Positions 10,327 through 20,242 of a stretch of 64,000 nucleotides of DNA are shown here, piece by piece. The notes beneath the pieces were generated by a model. The model ran no database searches. It saw nothing but the letters and a program-made list of their open reading frames with translations, and was not told where the DNA came from. Source of the DNA: an uncultured delta proteobacterium (GTDB lineage: Bacteria; Myxococcota_A; Polyangia; Polyangiales; Polyangiaceae); the NCBI GenBank assembly GCA_963696385.1, contig CAVOKF010000005.1, positions 704,001-768,000 of the forward strand, read 5' to 3'. Each line of letters begins with the position of its first letter. The stretch's first letter is position 1. Position numbers and translations under genes: made by a program.

Positions 10327-11874
10327 GTGGATCGCGACGAACCGCTCGTAAACTCGCTCGATCGGGTTGCACTCGAGATGACCAGTACGCTCGAGCTCGA
10401 CGTCGTGCTCGCGAGCGTGACCCGCGGACTCGTGGACGACCTCGGGGTCGCGCTGGCGCGCATCTGGCTGCTGGATCCGGGCGACGCAGAGATGCGGCTT
10501 CGCGCGAGTTCCGGTCTGTCGACGCGAATCGACGGGACCTACGCCCGCGTCGCTATCGGCGCGCGCAAGATCGGCCGCATTGCGGAGACTCGCCAGGCCC
10601 TGTGGACCAACGACGTGCTGCATGACGACCGGATCGCCGACCGGGCATGGGCACGCGACAACGGGTTGGTGTCGTTTGCGGGCTGGCCACTCACCTTCCG
10701 CGACGCGCTCGAGGGGGTGCTCGCGAGTTTTTCGCGCCGGCCGCTCGGCGAGGCCGAGCTCGCCCGCATGGCCCTATTTGCTCACCAGGCGGCGATTGCC
10801 ATCCAGAACGCTCGACTTTTCGCCGAGGTCCGCGCTCTCGAACGGCGCATGCAGGCCGAGAACGACTATCTGCGCCGCGAGATTGCCGGGGCCGACGATC
10901 CCGCGTTCGCCGTGCTCTCGCAATGCGACGGGCTCCGGACGGTGCTCGATCAGATTCGCCACGTCGCCTCGACGCCCACGACTGTGCAGGTTCACGGCGA
11001 GACCGGGACGGGCAAAGAGCTCGTCGCGCGGGCCATCCACGAGCTCAGTCCGCGAAAGGCCGGTCCGCTCGTCCGGGTCAATTGCGCCGCGCTGTCGCCA
11101 TCGGTCGTCGAGAGTGAGTTGTTCGGCCACGAGAAGGGCGCCTTCACCGGAGCCCAGCAGCGGCGCGCGGGCAGATTCGAGCTGGCCGACGGCGGTACCC
11201 TGATGCTCGACGAAGTGGGCGAACTGCCGCTCGAGACCCAGGCGAAGCTGCTGCGAGTCTTGCAGGAGCAGGAGTTCGAACGCGTCGGCGGATCGAAGCC
11301 GGTGCGGGTCGACGTGCGGATCGTTTCGGCGACGAACCGGAACCTCGCGAAGGCCGTCGACGCCGGAAGCTTCCGGGCAGATCTGTTTTACCGTCTCGCT
11401 GTGTTCCCGATCGAAGTGCCGCCCTTGCGCGCTCGGCCGGGCGATTGCGTGGTCCTCGCCAAGACGTTCGTTCGCACGCAGGCGCAGCGTCTTGGAAAGC
11501 CTATCGAGGGGCTCGAGCCGGAAGCGCTCGAACGACTTGTCGCCCATGACTGGCCCGGCAACGTGCGGGAGCTCGCCAATGTCATCGAGCGAGCGGCGAT
11601 TGTGGCTGCCGGCACGAGTCTGATGGCCAGCGACCTGCCTCCGCTCTCACGCCGCGACGGCCGACCGGCACCGCCGGCCCATCGCGCGGGGCCCGAAGAC
11701 GGCGCCGATCTGCGGCTCGAACACGTCGAACGGGTGCACGTGACGAACGTCCTCGAACGGACGGGCTGGACGATCGAAGGAAAGAAGGGCGCCGCAGCCC
11801 TGCTTGGCCTCGCCCCTAGCACGCTGCGTTCTCGGATGGCACAGCTCGCGATCGAACGACCCAAGAAGGGCTGA
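10327..11874 (+). CDS. GAF-domain sigma-54-dependent transcriptional activator (FhlA-like)
   Basis: N-terminal GAF; GETGTGKE Walker A, ESELFGHEKGAFTGA, LDEVGE, FRADLFYRL, WPGNVREL; C-terminal Fis-type HTH. Confidence 0.95.
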   Translation: MDRDEPLVNSLDRVALEMTSTLELDVVLASVTRGLVDDLGVALARIWLLDPGDAEMRLRASSGLSTRIDGTYARVAIGARKIGRIAETRQALWTNDVLHDDRIADRAWARDNGLVSFAGWPLTFRDALEGVLASFSRRPLGEAELARMALFAHQAAIAIQNARLFAEVRALERRMQAENDYLRREIAGADDPAFAVLSQCDGLRTVLDQIRHVASTPTTVQVHGETGTGKELVARAIHELSPRKAGPLVRVNCAALSPSVVESELFGHEKGAFTGAQQRRAGRFELADGGTLMLDEVGELPLETQAKLLRVLQEQEFERVGGSKPVRVDVRIVSATNRNLAKAVDAGSFRADLFYRLAVFPIEVPPLRARPGDCVVLAKTFVRTQAQRLGKPIEGLEPEALERLVAHDWPGNVRELANVIERAAIVAAGTSLMASDLPPLSRRDGRPAPPAHRAGPEDGADLRLEHVERVHVTNVLERTGWTIEGKKGAAALLGLAPSTLRSRMAQLAIERPKKG

Positions 11875-11906
11875 AAACCGCCGCGGTTACAGGAGAAGCC
11901 TCCCCC

Positions 11907-12731
11907 TTATCGCGCGCCGGGGCAAGGCGCGAACCTCGCGCGTGCGCTCTCGCTCTGTGCGCGAGCCGACGGCGGGCGCGGCGGGGCTCCATTGTCGTTC
12001 GACCTCGGAAGGCAGATCTTCACACGCCGCTGCCGGTGCAAGTCGTGCTTCCACGATTCCATTACTTCGCCGCTCGGGTCCACGTCCGTTTGAAAGCCGA
12101 ACAGCAAGCGGATGTCTGCGTCGTCGCGAGTCCGCTGCGAGACGAAGATCTCGCCCGTGGCCAGCGCGCCTGCGAAGCCCAGACTCTCGTCGAGCCGGAA
12201 TGTCGAGTTGCCACCGTACCACTTGTCGAGGGCTTGTCGCGCCCGCGCCGCCTCCTCCGGCGAAAGCGCGAAGTCGCCGACGATCCCGTGCGCGCGACGA
12301 TAGGTGGCGAGCAGCGCCGGGAGGTCGGTTTGAGCATGGTTGACTTCGGGGTCGAGCGGCGGCGCCGGATCGTTGGCATTCGCCGGAGGATCCCACGAAC
12401 GCACCTCAAGGGCGATCGCGGGGCCGAAAAGGTACGCGCTGTAGCAGGTCAGGCTCACCACCCGTCCGCTGAAATACACTCGATGATCACTGCGGACGAC
12501 GACAAACGGCTCGTCGATTCTCACCTCACCCTCCGGATCCAGTCGATCTGTCTTGTCGGCCCACGGGCAGTCGGCGAGTCCGTGGTCGAGGTTGATGTCC
12601 AGGCCTTGCCGCTCGAACCGTCCGGCCACGTTTCGGCGCAGCCGCGGAGAAGAGATGGCCGCCACGAGAAGCGCGGCCGCGGCTCCACCGAACGCGATAC
12701 CGACCGTCCTGCGTTGCGACCGCGTCCTCAT
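11907..12731 (-). CDS. Hypothetical membrane-anchored protein, candidate T6SS immunity protein
   Basis: N-terminal hydrophobic anchor; its ATG overlaps (ATGA) the stop of the upstream fragment; last gene of the vgrG-PAAR run. Function is inferred from position only. Confidence 0.5.
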   Translation of the reverse strand: MRTRSQRRTVGIAFGGAAAALLVAAISSPRLRRNVAGRFERQGLDINLDHGLADCPWADKTDRLDPEGEVRIDEPFVVVRSDHRVYFSGRVVSLTCYSAYLFGPAIALEVRSWDPPANANDPAPPLDPEVNHAQTDLPALLATYRRAHGIVGDFALSPEEAARARQALDKWYGGNSTFRLDESLGFAGALATGEIFVSQRTRDDADIRLLFGFQTDVDPSGEVMESWKHDLHRQRRVKICLPRSNDNGAPPRPPSARAQSESARARFAPCPGAR

Positions 12732-13150
12732 GACATAACGTCTGCCCCGCGACCACACTTCGGCTCGGCCGCTTCACAGACCCTGACACTGCTTTTCGCC
12801 CGACGACAGGTTCTCGAGCGAGGGCTCGACCATCGCGCCGCCGGGTCCTCTCCCCAAGGCGGGAGAGTGAACCCCATGTGGAAAAACGTCCAGAAGTTTT
12901 GTCCCCACGGGTGGGGCCGGCTCGCAAGAAAGCTCATGACCGTCGGAACCCGAGCGCGAGGCCTTGCTGTTCCTGGGGATCCTGAAGGGCGCAGGCGAGA
13001 CACTCAACCCGTGTCTCTGGCTGCTTCGCGCACATGTCCGCCGCGTCGAGAGCCTGGAGGGTGGTCGTCAGTTGCTGGATGGCGCTATCGATGAACCCGA
13101 AGCCCCAAAAGAAGGGTCCCTCAAGTGGCCCGTCGACGCTCCTTCCGAAA
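12728..13150 (-). pseudogene. Fragmented ORF after PAAR, possible effector C-terminal remnant
   Basis: Protein-like pieces in two frames (FFWGFGFIDSAIQQL...QQGLALGF and MSFLASRPHPWGQNFWTFFHMGF); no clear start. Confidence 0.35.
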
Positions 13151-13151
13151 C

Positions 13152-13541
13152 TTAGTCCACCTCGACATCGGATTGTCCTGCGGACTCCACCTGAATCTGA
13201 CCGCCCCATTGGCACGCGAGCTGGCACGCGTCCGACACCGCCGGCTGCCCGCCCACGGTCACGCTTTGCGATCCGGGCGTCCACGGGGTTGTCGTCATGG
13301 GCACGCAGGGCTGCGGCGTCAGAACGCCCTGCGCGGCCGACGTAGCCGCGGCGACTTGCGGGTTGGTCATCGACATGCACATCCCGAATGGAGCAATATT
13401 GACGATGGGCTGCATGTCTTGAATATTGGCGGCCGAGGCCGAGTCGCCTTCAACTGCGTGGATCGGAAGGACGGACAACTGCGAGGGGGCGTTGCCCATC
13501 GAGCAGGAGAGCGACGCGCCCTGAACCACCAGTTTCGCCAT
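13152..13541 (-). CDS. DUF4280 PAAR-like T6SS spike-tip protein
   Basis: GASLSCSMG...NIAPFGMC.S.TNPQVAAAT...PQPCVP....W.PG...C.L.C.WGGQI is the DUF4280 pattern. Confidence 0.9.
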   Translation of the reverse strand: MAKLVVQGASLSCSMGNAPSQLSVLPIHAVEGDSASAANIQDMQPIVNIAPFGMCMSMTNPQVAAATSAAQGVLTPQPCVPMTTTPWTPGSQSVTVGGQPAVSDACQLACQWGGQIQVESAGQSDVEVD

Positions 13542-13781
13542 GACTGACAGAACCTTAGCAGCGAACAGTTCCGCGATACGTCACCCGTTCGGGCGACGAC
13601 GTGAACCGCTCGGGTCACGGCGCCAGCCGGACGCCGAAGTTGACCGCCGAAGGAGCCACCTCTCAAGGCCCGATTCCCACTCGGAGAGGCTCTGGACGGA
13701 CGAATGATCGACATCCGCATCAACCATCAAGGCGCACCTGTTTCGGCGCCTGCGGGTCGTCTACTCGTAGGAGGGTCGCAA

Positions 13782-16277
13782 TCATTTTTTCGCGCCGGAG
13801 TCGTCGGGAAACGAGATCTGGTACGACGAGTCGCCGACGAGTTCGAGCATACCGTTCGCGTCCAGGACGGTCACGCGCTGCTCATTGCCGGAGGTGAGCA
13901 GCACGCGTACATTCGCCCGCGGTTTGCCTTGCGAGTCGTTTAGCTGCACACGGGTGATCTTGACCGGCTGGCTGCTCGGTTGGGACGTCGATCCCGAGCC
14001 GCCTCCGAGCTTGACCTGAGATGCCTGAACGCTGGCGGAACTCGAATCGAGACTGACGACGGCGCCCGCCGTCTGTAGCTTCAGCGTCGCGGCGCCCACG
14101 GTCGCCTGATTCGACAGATTGGCGCTGAGGGTGCTGCCCACGATGCTCGTGGTCTTGCCGACCACTGACACGTTCGGACTGCTGAGCGTGATCCCGCTCG
14201 GCGATACGCAGATCTGACTGTCTCCGCATACGAGCGTGAAACCTTCGAGGGTCTCGACCTCGAAAGTCTTGGAAGCGTACGCCCGGCCGCGCCCCTCGAC
14301 GTGCATGACGGCGCTCCGCATTGCGTCTCCCGTGCCCACGATGATCGCGCGGTGACCCAGGTGTCGCTCGGTGACGTCCTTCGTGAATGTTCCGTCCGTC
14401 TTTCCGATGGTTTGTGTGGTGACGTCGCCGCTCACAGTCTGTGATAGATTGGCCCCGACGTTGACGTTGCGCCCTCCACCCACCTGCAGCGTGTCGTCGA
14501 CGCCGATGGACACCGTTCGGGCGCCGGCGACGTTCACCGACTGCTCCGCCCCGATCGCAACGAGCTGGCCCAGCGTCACATTGACTTGATGCGTCATCCC
14601 CACGCCGATCGATTGGGATCCACCCACTTGGATCGACTCGTCTCCTCCGACGTTGCGGCTGCGGTTGAAGCCCACCGAGAGCTGCTCGTTCTGGCCGACC
14701 TGTGCGATCAAGTTCCGAACGATGTTGCCCGTCTCGTCGTTCTTGACCAGCTTCGTCAGATCCTTCGCTGCCTGCATGTAGAGCTCCTCGTCCCCAGTGC
14801 GGTCCTCGAAGCGGATCTCGTTGCCATTGAAGCTTGAAGGTGTGCTCCGGGTGAGCACCCCGCTCTGGGTCTGGTTGGCGGGCAGATCGAAGGGCGGCAT
14901 GTGCATGGCGTTGTATACGCTGCCGGTGACAATGGGGCAGTCCGGGTCTCCTTCCAGGAAGTCGACGATCACCTCTTGGCCGATGCGGGGCACGAACTGC
15001 GCGCCCCACCCGGTCCCCGCCCATATCTGGGCCACGCGGAGCCAGCACGAGCTATTCTGGTCATTGTTGCCTCTTCGGTCCCAGTGAAATTGCACCTTGA
15101 CGCGACCGTACTGGTCCGTCCAGATCTCTTGCCCCGACGGGCCGACCACGGTGGCCGTCTGCGGCCCGCGCACGGAGGGTTTGTGCTGAAGGAGCGGCGG
15201 CCGAAAGACGGTGTTTGCCTGCGCGGCCCTGAACTCACATTCGAACGGCTCCTCCACCGCGTTCCCACTGCGTAGCTCGGAACCGCTCAGCCGCACGCGC
15301 GTGGAGCGGATCAGGTAATTCGCGTTTTGATCCGCGCGCGGATGATTGAACAGCGCGAAGGTGCTGCCGACGGCAAGCCCGCGTGCGTTGCTCTCGCCCG
15401 CATAGCCGCGTCGCTCGCGACGGGCTTGGTCGAGGCGGAGGCGCGCATACGTTTCGGCGGTCGCCAAAGTCGTGAAGCCGCCCGGGTAGTCGTAAGCCTT
15501 GAGGTTCGCGTTCGCGTCCTCGTCCGCCGAGGTGCGCGCGCAGTAGAGGGGCGTATTCGGTTTGGTAAAGTCGAAGTCCGCGACGGCGTACGCCCCCGTT
15601 TCGATCCTCGCGTCGGCCCGCCAGCGGAGCACGTACTGCATCGTCGGGTCGCTCCGCTCGGCCCCAGTTGTAGCATACGGCACACGCGCATACCCGGGCG
15701 CGGGATCATGGGAAGAGGGGGAGTCGGCGAGGACGAGCGTGTGTCTGCCGTCGTCCTGCCGGAAGAAAAAATAAATCCCTTCGCGTTCGAGCCAGCGGCA
15801 CACGAAATGCAAATCGGTTTCCCGATATTGCACGACATACTCGCGTGGAGCGTACGTCTCGAACAGCGCGCGCTCGAAGGCGTCGAAGCCTCGGTCGCGA
15901 AAGATCTGCGTCACGACGTCGGGCACGCTCATGTTCTGGAAGATGCGGCAATCCGCCGCGAGATCGAGCTGCCAGAGCCATGGCCGCAGCGTCAACCGGT
16001 AGCGCGACAGGCCGTCGTCGCCTGTCTCGACGTACTGTAACTCCGACGCGATCCCATTCCAGTGTCGAACGCCGTCGTCCCCGTCGCCGAGATGCATGTG
16101 CACCGTCACGGAGTGGCCCAGCAGCTCGTCGGGATCGATGTCCGATCGGGGGCTCACGGCCTCGATCTCGAAGGCAAAGAGTTGCGAGATTTCTTCGAAA
16201 GCTGACATCGAATAGAGCGTCAACTGGTCGCCGAGAGGCGTGTCCATCGTGACGGCAATGGTCTGCGGCATGTCCAT
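13782..16277 (-). CDS. vgrG: Type VI secretion tip protein VgrG
   Basis: QYRETDLHFVCRWLEREGIYFFF, GPQTATVVGP, TDQYGRVKVQFHWDR, SSCWLRVAQ.WAG, PRIGQEVIVDFLEGDPD; gp5 beta-repeats; AAGGAGG RBS. Confidence 0.96.
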   Translation of the reverse strand: MDMPQTIAVTMDTPLGDQLTLYSMSAFEEISQLFAFEIEAVSPRSDIDPDELLGHSVTVHMHLGDGDDGVRHWNGIASELQYVETGDDGLSRYRLTLRPWLWQLDLAADCRIFQNMSVPDVVTQIFRDRGFDAFERALFETYAPREYVVQYRETDLHFVCRWLEREGIYFFFRQDDGRHTLVLADSPSSHDPAPGYARVPYATTGAERSDPTMQYVLRWRADARIETGAYAVADFDFTKPNTPLYCARTSADEDANANLKAYDYPGGFTTLATAETYARLRLDQARRERRGYAGESNARGLAVGSTFALFNHPRADQNANYLIRSTRVRLSGSELRSGNAVEEPFECEFRAAQANTVFRPPLLQHKPSVRGPQTATVVGPSGQEIWTDQYGRVKVQFHWDRRGNNDQNSSCWLRVAQIWAGTGWGAQFVPRIGQEVIVDFLEGDPDCPIVTGSVYNAMHMPPFDLPANQTQSGVLTRSTPSSFNGNEIRFEDRTGDEELYMQAAKDLTKLVKNDETGNIVRNLIAQVGQNEQLSVGFNRSRNVGGDESIQVGGSQSIGVGMTHQVNVTLGQLVAIGAEQSVNVAGARTVSIGVDDTLQVGGGRNVNVGANLSQTVSGDVTTQTIGKTDGTFTKDVTERHLGHRAIIVGTGDAMRSAVMHVEGRGRAYASKTFEVETLEGFTLVCGDSQICVSPSGITLSSPNVSVVGKTTSIVGSTLSANLSNQATVGAATLKLQTAGAVVSLDSSSASVQASQVKLGGGSGSTSQPSSQPVKITRVQLNDSQGKPRANVRVLLTSGNEQRVTVLDANGMLELVGDSSYQISFPDDSGAKK

Positions 16278-16530
16278 CGATCTCGCCTCCTTTCGCTCAT
16301 CGTTCGTAACACCTGAGCGGTCTCCGGTCACCGGCAGACGCACAGCCTTGAGCCCGGACGGGCATTTCCGCCCGTGGCGCAGGCAGACAAGCCCTCAAAT
16401 CGTAGCTGTAGTCCCTTTGAGTGACTTGAAAAGTACGTCGAAGCCGGGACGAGCGTGGGCGTAGACTCGTTTCTCTTCTGCGGTTGGCGTGCGGAGGAAA
16501 TTGCGCCGTGCCGGTGCCTCAGGGCGACCG

Positions 16531-17022
16531 TTATGTACTCAAGGTCGATGAATGACTCCGGGGCCAAAGCGTGCGCTCCTGGCTCGTCTGCGGCTCAGCG
16601 GGACATGCGAAGCGTCCGAGCACGAGGGCCGCGACAGCGAGCGGGACCGAGTGGAGAACGATGGCGCCGAAGAAGACAGCGAAGACGGGCGCGACCGCCA
16701 TCGGCAGGGGTATCCCGAGGATCGGTGCACAGAGGGAGAGCTCGTGTCGCCCACCGGCGAAGTAGCGCGCCCAGATATAGTAGATGGATAGGGCGCCGAG
16801 CACCGCAAGAAGAGCGCCTTTCTCGAGCCCGACCCGTGCCATGTCGTAGAAAAACGGTATCCGGAGCACCCCCACGCGTCCCACGAGCTCCAGCACTCCG
16901 AGAGTCCGCGCCAGCCGAGGCTCCGCCCCCTCGGCCTGGCACCCGGCGTCACGCCAAGGAAATACCAGGTACGCGAGATTGGGAGCGGCGACAGCCATCG
17001 ACAGTGCCCCACCTAGCATCAT
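16531..17022 (-). CDS. Hypothetical membrane protein
   Basis: Several hydrophobic segments; directly follows the CN-hydrolase remnant. Confidence 0.55.
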   Translation of the reverse strand: MMLGGALSMAVAAPNLAYLVFPWRDAGCQAEGAEPRLARTLGVLELVGRVGVLRIPFFYDMARVGLEKGALLAVLGALSIYYIWARYFAGGRHELSLCAPILGIPLPMAVAPVFAVFFGAIVLHSVPLAVAALVLGRFACPAEPQTSQERTLWPRSHSSTLST

Positions 17023-17039
17023 GACTCATCGCTGACGTT

Positions 17040-17940
17040 TCACCTGGCGCCCGCGCAGCGAAGCAGGACCGTCGCGCGCGAGAGACGACCGCGGGATGGA
17101 CGATTCGGGTGGCGAGCGCGGGACCTTAGGAGATGGATGCCGACGACGCCGGCGAGCAACGCGGCTGCTGTGAGCGACGGCCCATCGCCCCAGATCGCGT
17201 AGAGGGACCGGACTCGCGACCGCGGCAGATCCGCGAACAGGACCCGGTCCACGTTCGAAGGCGCTGCGCCACGCGCGCGTGCGTCCGTACGGATCAACGG
17301 CGAGAGACAGCCCGAACCTCGTCGCGCGCAGCAGAGAGTGCCCCGACTCGATCGCGCGGACCGCTGCCATCTCCGCGTGGACAGGATCGATGCCCCGCCA
17401 GTCCGACGACGGAACCGCCACGAGGTCGGCATCCGCTCGCGCTCGCTCGAGGCCCAACGCCGGAAAGTCGTCATCGTAGCAGATGGCGCCCGAGAGCCGT
17501 CCCTGAGCGCGGCACGATCGACGCCGGCCCCACGCCGGCGTTTGAAGGCTCGCCCAGCGCCGGATGGTGCTTCGCATAGGTCCGCTGCACCGCGCCATCG
17601 CGCAGCACGAGCCGGTACTCGTTGCGATACGCGAGTGGCCTCGTGGACGTCGGCACCACGTACGCCGCGACGACGTCGATGTCGCTCTCGCGAGCCACCG
17701 TCCGCACCGCTTCGACCCACGCGCTCTCTTCGTCTGGACACACGGGCGTCGCCGCCTCGGGCCACACGGCGAGCACTGCGTCGCCGCGTGCCGCCGCCCG
17801 CGTTCGTTCGAGGAGCGCGCGGTCCCGCGAATACGTCGCGTCGCGCGAGGGGAGAGGGAGGCCGCTGACGTCGGCGTCCGTCGCGATTGCCGCAACGCGG
17901 ATTGTCGCGCTCCGCGCGACGTCGGCAACGGTCGTGTCCT
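17040..17940 (-). pseudogene. Apolipoprotein N-acyltransferase-like carbon-nitrogen hydrolase (5'-truncated, two frameshifts)
   Basis: Catalytic motifs VWPEAA, YAKHHP and AICYDDDFP, plus AAVRAIE.G, spread over three frames; N-terminal membrane part missing next to the IS66 remnant. Confidence 0.78.
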
Positions 17941-18091
17941 TGCGGCACGGCTGCGGGGCGGGGAGTACGAGGGGGGGTCTGGCGTGGGGCGTGCGAGAGG
18001 GGCAGGTCGCGGCGAGCGGCGGTGGCATTCGGCAACAGTGCGTGAAGTCGACGCGTGACTCGGGCAGCGTCGCGGTCAGGAGGAAGACCTG

Positions 18092-18493
18092 ATGAATCGA
18101 ACGAGTATCGGGGCAACGGGCGCTCTAGAAAGTCTGCGCGGGCGGATGGAGCGGTGGCGAGCCGGATGCGGAGGCAAGCGATCGAGGGTGCCGCAGGAGC
18201 TGTGGAACGCGGCGATCGAGGTGGCTCGCCGCGAAGGGGTGTGGGCGACGTCGCGGGCGACGCGTTTGAATTACCAAGGGCTGAAGGACCGGATGAGCCG
18301 AGCGTCGACGGGCTCGGCGATCGAGACGACGTCGCCGTCGTTTATCGAAGTGGCGAGGACGGCAGACGGGGCGAGCCGGACGGTGATCGAGCTCGAGGGT
18401 CGAGGCGGAGAGCGGCTGCGCGTGGAGGTGACGGGCGCGAGCGGGTTGGACGTGGTCGGATTGGCGCACGCCTTCTGGAGACGCGAGCGATGA
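18092..18493 (+). CDS. tnpA: IS66-family accessory protein TnpA-like
   Basis: RVPQELWNAAIEVARREGV..TSRATRLNYQGLK and FIEV; ATGA overlap with tnpB. Confidence 0.7.
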   Translation: MNRTSIGATGALESLRGRMERWRAGCGGKRSRVPQELWNAAIEVARREGVWATSRATRLNYQGLKDRMSRASTGSAIETTSPSFIEVARTADGASRTVIELEGRGGERLRVEVTGASGLDVVGLAHAFWRRER

Positions 18494-18660
18494 TCCAGCT
18501 CACGCCGCAGATGCGGATTCTGGTTGCGGTGGAGCCGGTGGACTTTCGGCGGGGGATCGACGGGGTGTGCCGGCAGATCTTGTCGAGCGATCCGTTTTCG
18601 GGAGCAGTGTTCGTATTTCGAAGTCGTCGGGGGACCGCGATTAAGATTTTGGCGTATGTG
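18490..18660 (+). pseudogene. tnpB: IS66 TnpB, truncated; tnpC absent
   Basis: MIQLTPQMRILVAVEPVDFRRGIDG..DPFSGAVFVFRSRRGTAIKILAY, followed by unrelated sequence. Confidence 0.85.
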
Positions 18661-18751
18661 ATCGAAGACGAAGCGCTCGCACTCCTTCGCGACGGCGCGA
18701 CGCACGTCGCGCGGGATCGCGCGGTAGCTCCCGAGGATCTGCGCGCAGCGG

Positions 18752-18967
18752 TCGTACCTCTACTTGCCGCGGCCGCGCGGCGCAAAGGTCGCCCGAACGT
18801 CCAACCCGGGGAATGGCTTGCGACTCGACTTTGATGCCGAGGGGACACCGATTGGGGTCGAGCTCACAGCCCCGGCGATCGTGACGATCGCTCAGCTGAA
18901 TGCCGTGCTCGCTCCTCTCGGTATCTCCCGGCTCGAGACCGAAGAGTTGGCCCCGCTAGCGGCTTGA
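18752..18967 (+). pseudogene. DUF2283-type antitoxin-like protein, N-terminally truncated
   Basis: YLYLPR..GAKVART....GLRLDFDAEGTPIGVEL pattern. Confidence 0.65.
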
Positions 18968-19060
18968 AGAGCGCCAGCACGCGGCATGCGTACCGTCGAG
19001 GTTGCCGCGAGAGCCGGCAGTGGCCAAAAACTCGTTCGGCACGCGACGGACCTTGCGGGA

Positions 19061-19078
19061 CGTACTAAAAATGGTACG
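19061..19078. promoter_or_regulatory. Palindromic operator in the TA promoter
   Basis: CGTAC-TAAAAATG-GTACG lies between TTGCGG (-35-like) and the toxin GTG at 19087. Confidence 0.55.
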
Positions 19079-19086
19079 CGTAAGGG

Positions 19087-19484
19087 GTGCCGTCGGAGCC
19101 CCGGGCGCATCGCACCAAGGGCACGACGAAGGCTGCTGCGCCTCTCAAGTTGTCATGCGTCTTCTTCAAGACCGACAGAGGCAGCGAGCCTGTTCGGGAT
19201 TGGCTCAAGGACGACATCCGGCAGGGGCACGTAAGACGATTGGGATAGACATCAAGACAGTTCAGGCGACCTGGCCCATTGATAAGCCGCTCGTTGACTC
19301 CCTCGGGCACGGACTGCGGGAGGTACGGAGTACCCACGACAAGGTCGAGTATCGGGTCATCTTCGCGCTCAACGAGAGCACGATGGTTCTCTTGCACGGG
19401 TTCGTCAAGACGACCAAGAAAACCAGAAAATCCGACATCGACATCGGGCTGGAGCGGAAAGCCATTCGGGAGAAAGTACGATGA
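19087..19484 (+). pseudogene. higB: RelE/HigB (Gp49-like) toxin with a 1-nt frameshift near 19218
   Basis: FFKTDRGSEPVRDWLK in one frame; WPIDKPLVDSLGHGLREVRS..EYRVIF..MVLLHGFVKTTKKT in another. Confidence 0.8.
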
Positions 19485-19981
19485 ACAAGCACGACGGTTC
19501 GACGCTCGACTCCCTCTTTGAGGAGTTGGGCGAATTGGAAGAGGTCAACGCGAGGGCGGCCAAGAAGATCCTTGTCATCGAGACCGAGCGGCGGATGAAG
19601 AAGCTCGGCCTCACGACGACCGCTCTCGCCAAGCGGATGGGCACGAGCCGCAACCAGATTCACCGCATCCTCGACAAAGAGGACGCCGGCATCACGCTGA
19701 AAGTGCTTTTTCGCTTGGCAGGAGCGCTCGGGGTGCCGCTGCAGCTCGGCTTCGGGTCTCCCGGTCTGCGAGCGAGGCAACCACGTCGGGCCGCGAAGGG
19801 GCGACAGGCCAGGCAGACGGAGCTGCGAAAACGACGCCGTGTCGCTGGCGTCGGTGACGGTCGTAGCGATACCGGGCCGGGGGGGCAAGGAAGAAGGGAG
19901 CCAGGGGGCGGCGCGGTGGCACGTCGCGTGGACCCGGCTCCGAGCGGCGCAGCCGGACGTTGGAGCCCTCGATGTTCGTAG
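19481..19981 (+). CDS. higA: XRE-HTH antitoxin (HigA-like); the tail reads into an IS-end-like repeat
   Basis: MNKHDGSTLDSLFEE, ALAKRMGTSRNQIHRILD, ITLKVL; ATGA overlap with the toxin. Confidence 0.82.
   Translation: MNKHDGSTLDSLFEELGELEEVNARAAKKILVIETERRMKKLGLTTTALAKRMGTSRNQIHRILDKEDAGITLKVLFRLAGALGVPLQLGFGSPGLRARQPRRAAKGRQARQTELRKRRRVAGVGDGRSDTGPGGQGRREPGGGAVARRVDPAPSGAAGRWSPRCS
19840..19926 (+). repeat. About 85-bp IS-end-like repeat, copy 1
   Basis: Begins TGTCGCTGGCGTCGGTGACGGTCGT; a similar inverted copy lies at about 26030-26120. Confidence 0.7.
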
Positions 19982-20039
19982 TATCCCGTTGGACGTTGAT
20001 GGACCCCACGGCCGAGAGGACATCTTGAACGCTGCCGAA

Positions 20040-20242
20040 CAGTTGTCGAGATCCGCCGAGTAGCGATATTCGTCGAAATGCAGAAGCCTCAGAGATGTTC
20101 CGCCCTTGAACACGAGGGTGTGGTTCGCATCGTGGGCCGAGATGAGCGCGACGACGTGGACGAGCACGTAGTCTCGCTCGACAACGCGTGCATTCACGCC
20201 GTCTCTACTCGCGATCTTGGTGATCTGCGCCCTCGACGTCAT
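20040..20242 (-). pseudogene. abiEii: AbiEii nucleotidyltransferase toxin, truncated after about 66 aa
   Basis: VERDYVL, LVFKGGTSLR and RYSADLD motifs; ATGA overlap with abiEi. Confidence 0.88.

Noticed and set aside
18092..18660. Active IS66 element or an RNA-guided TnpB nuclease
   Set aside because: IS66 TnpB is unrelated to IS200/IS605 TnpB; here it is truncated, tnpC is absent and no IRs were found.
18660..18745. HNH nuclease gene (minus-strand RAIPRDVRRAV)
   Set aside because: Under 30 codons with no HNH motif; too little to call.
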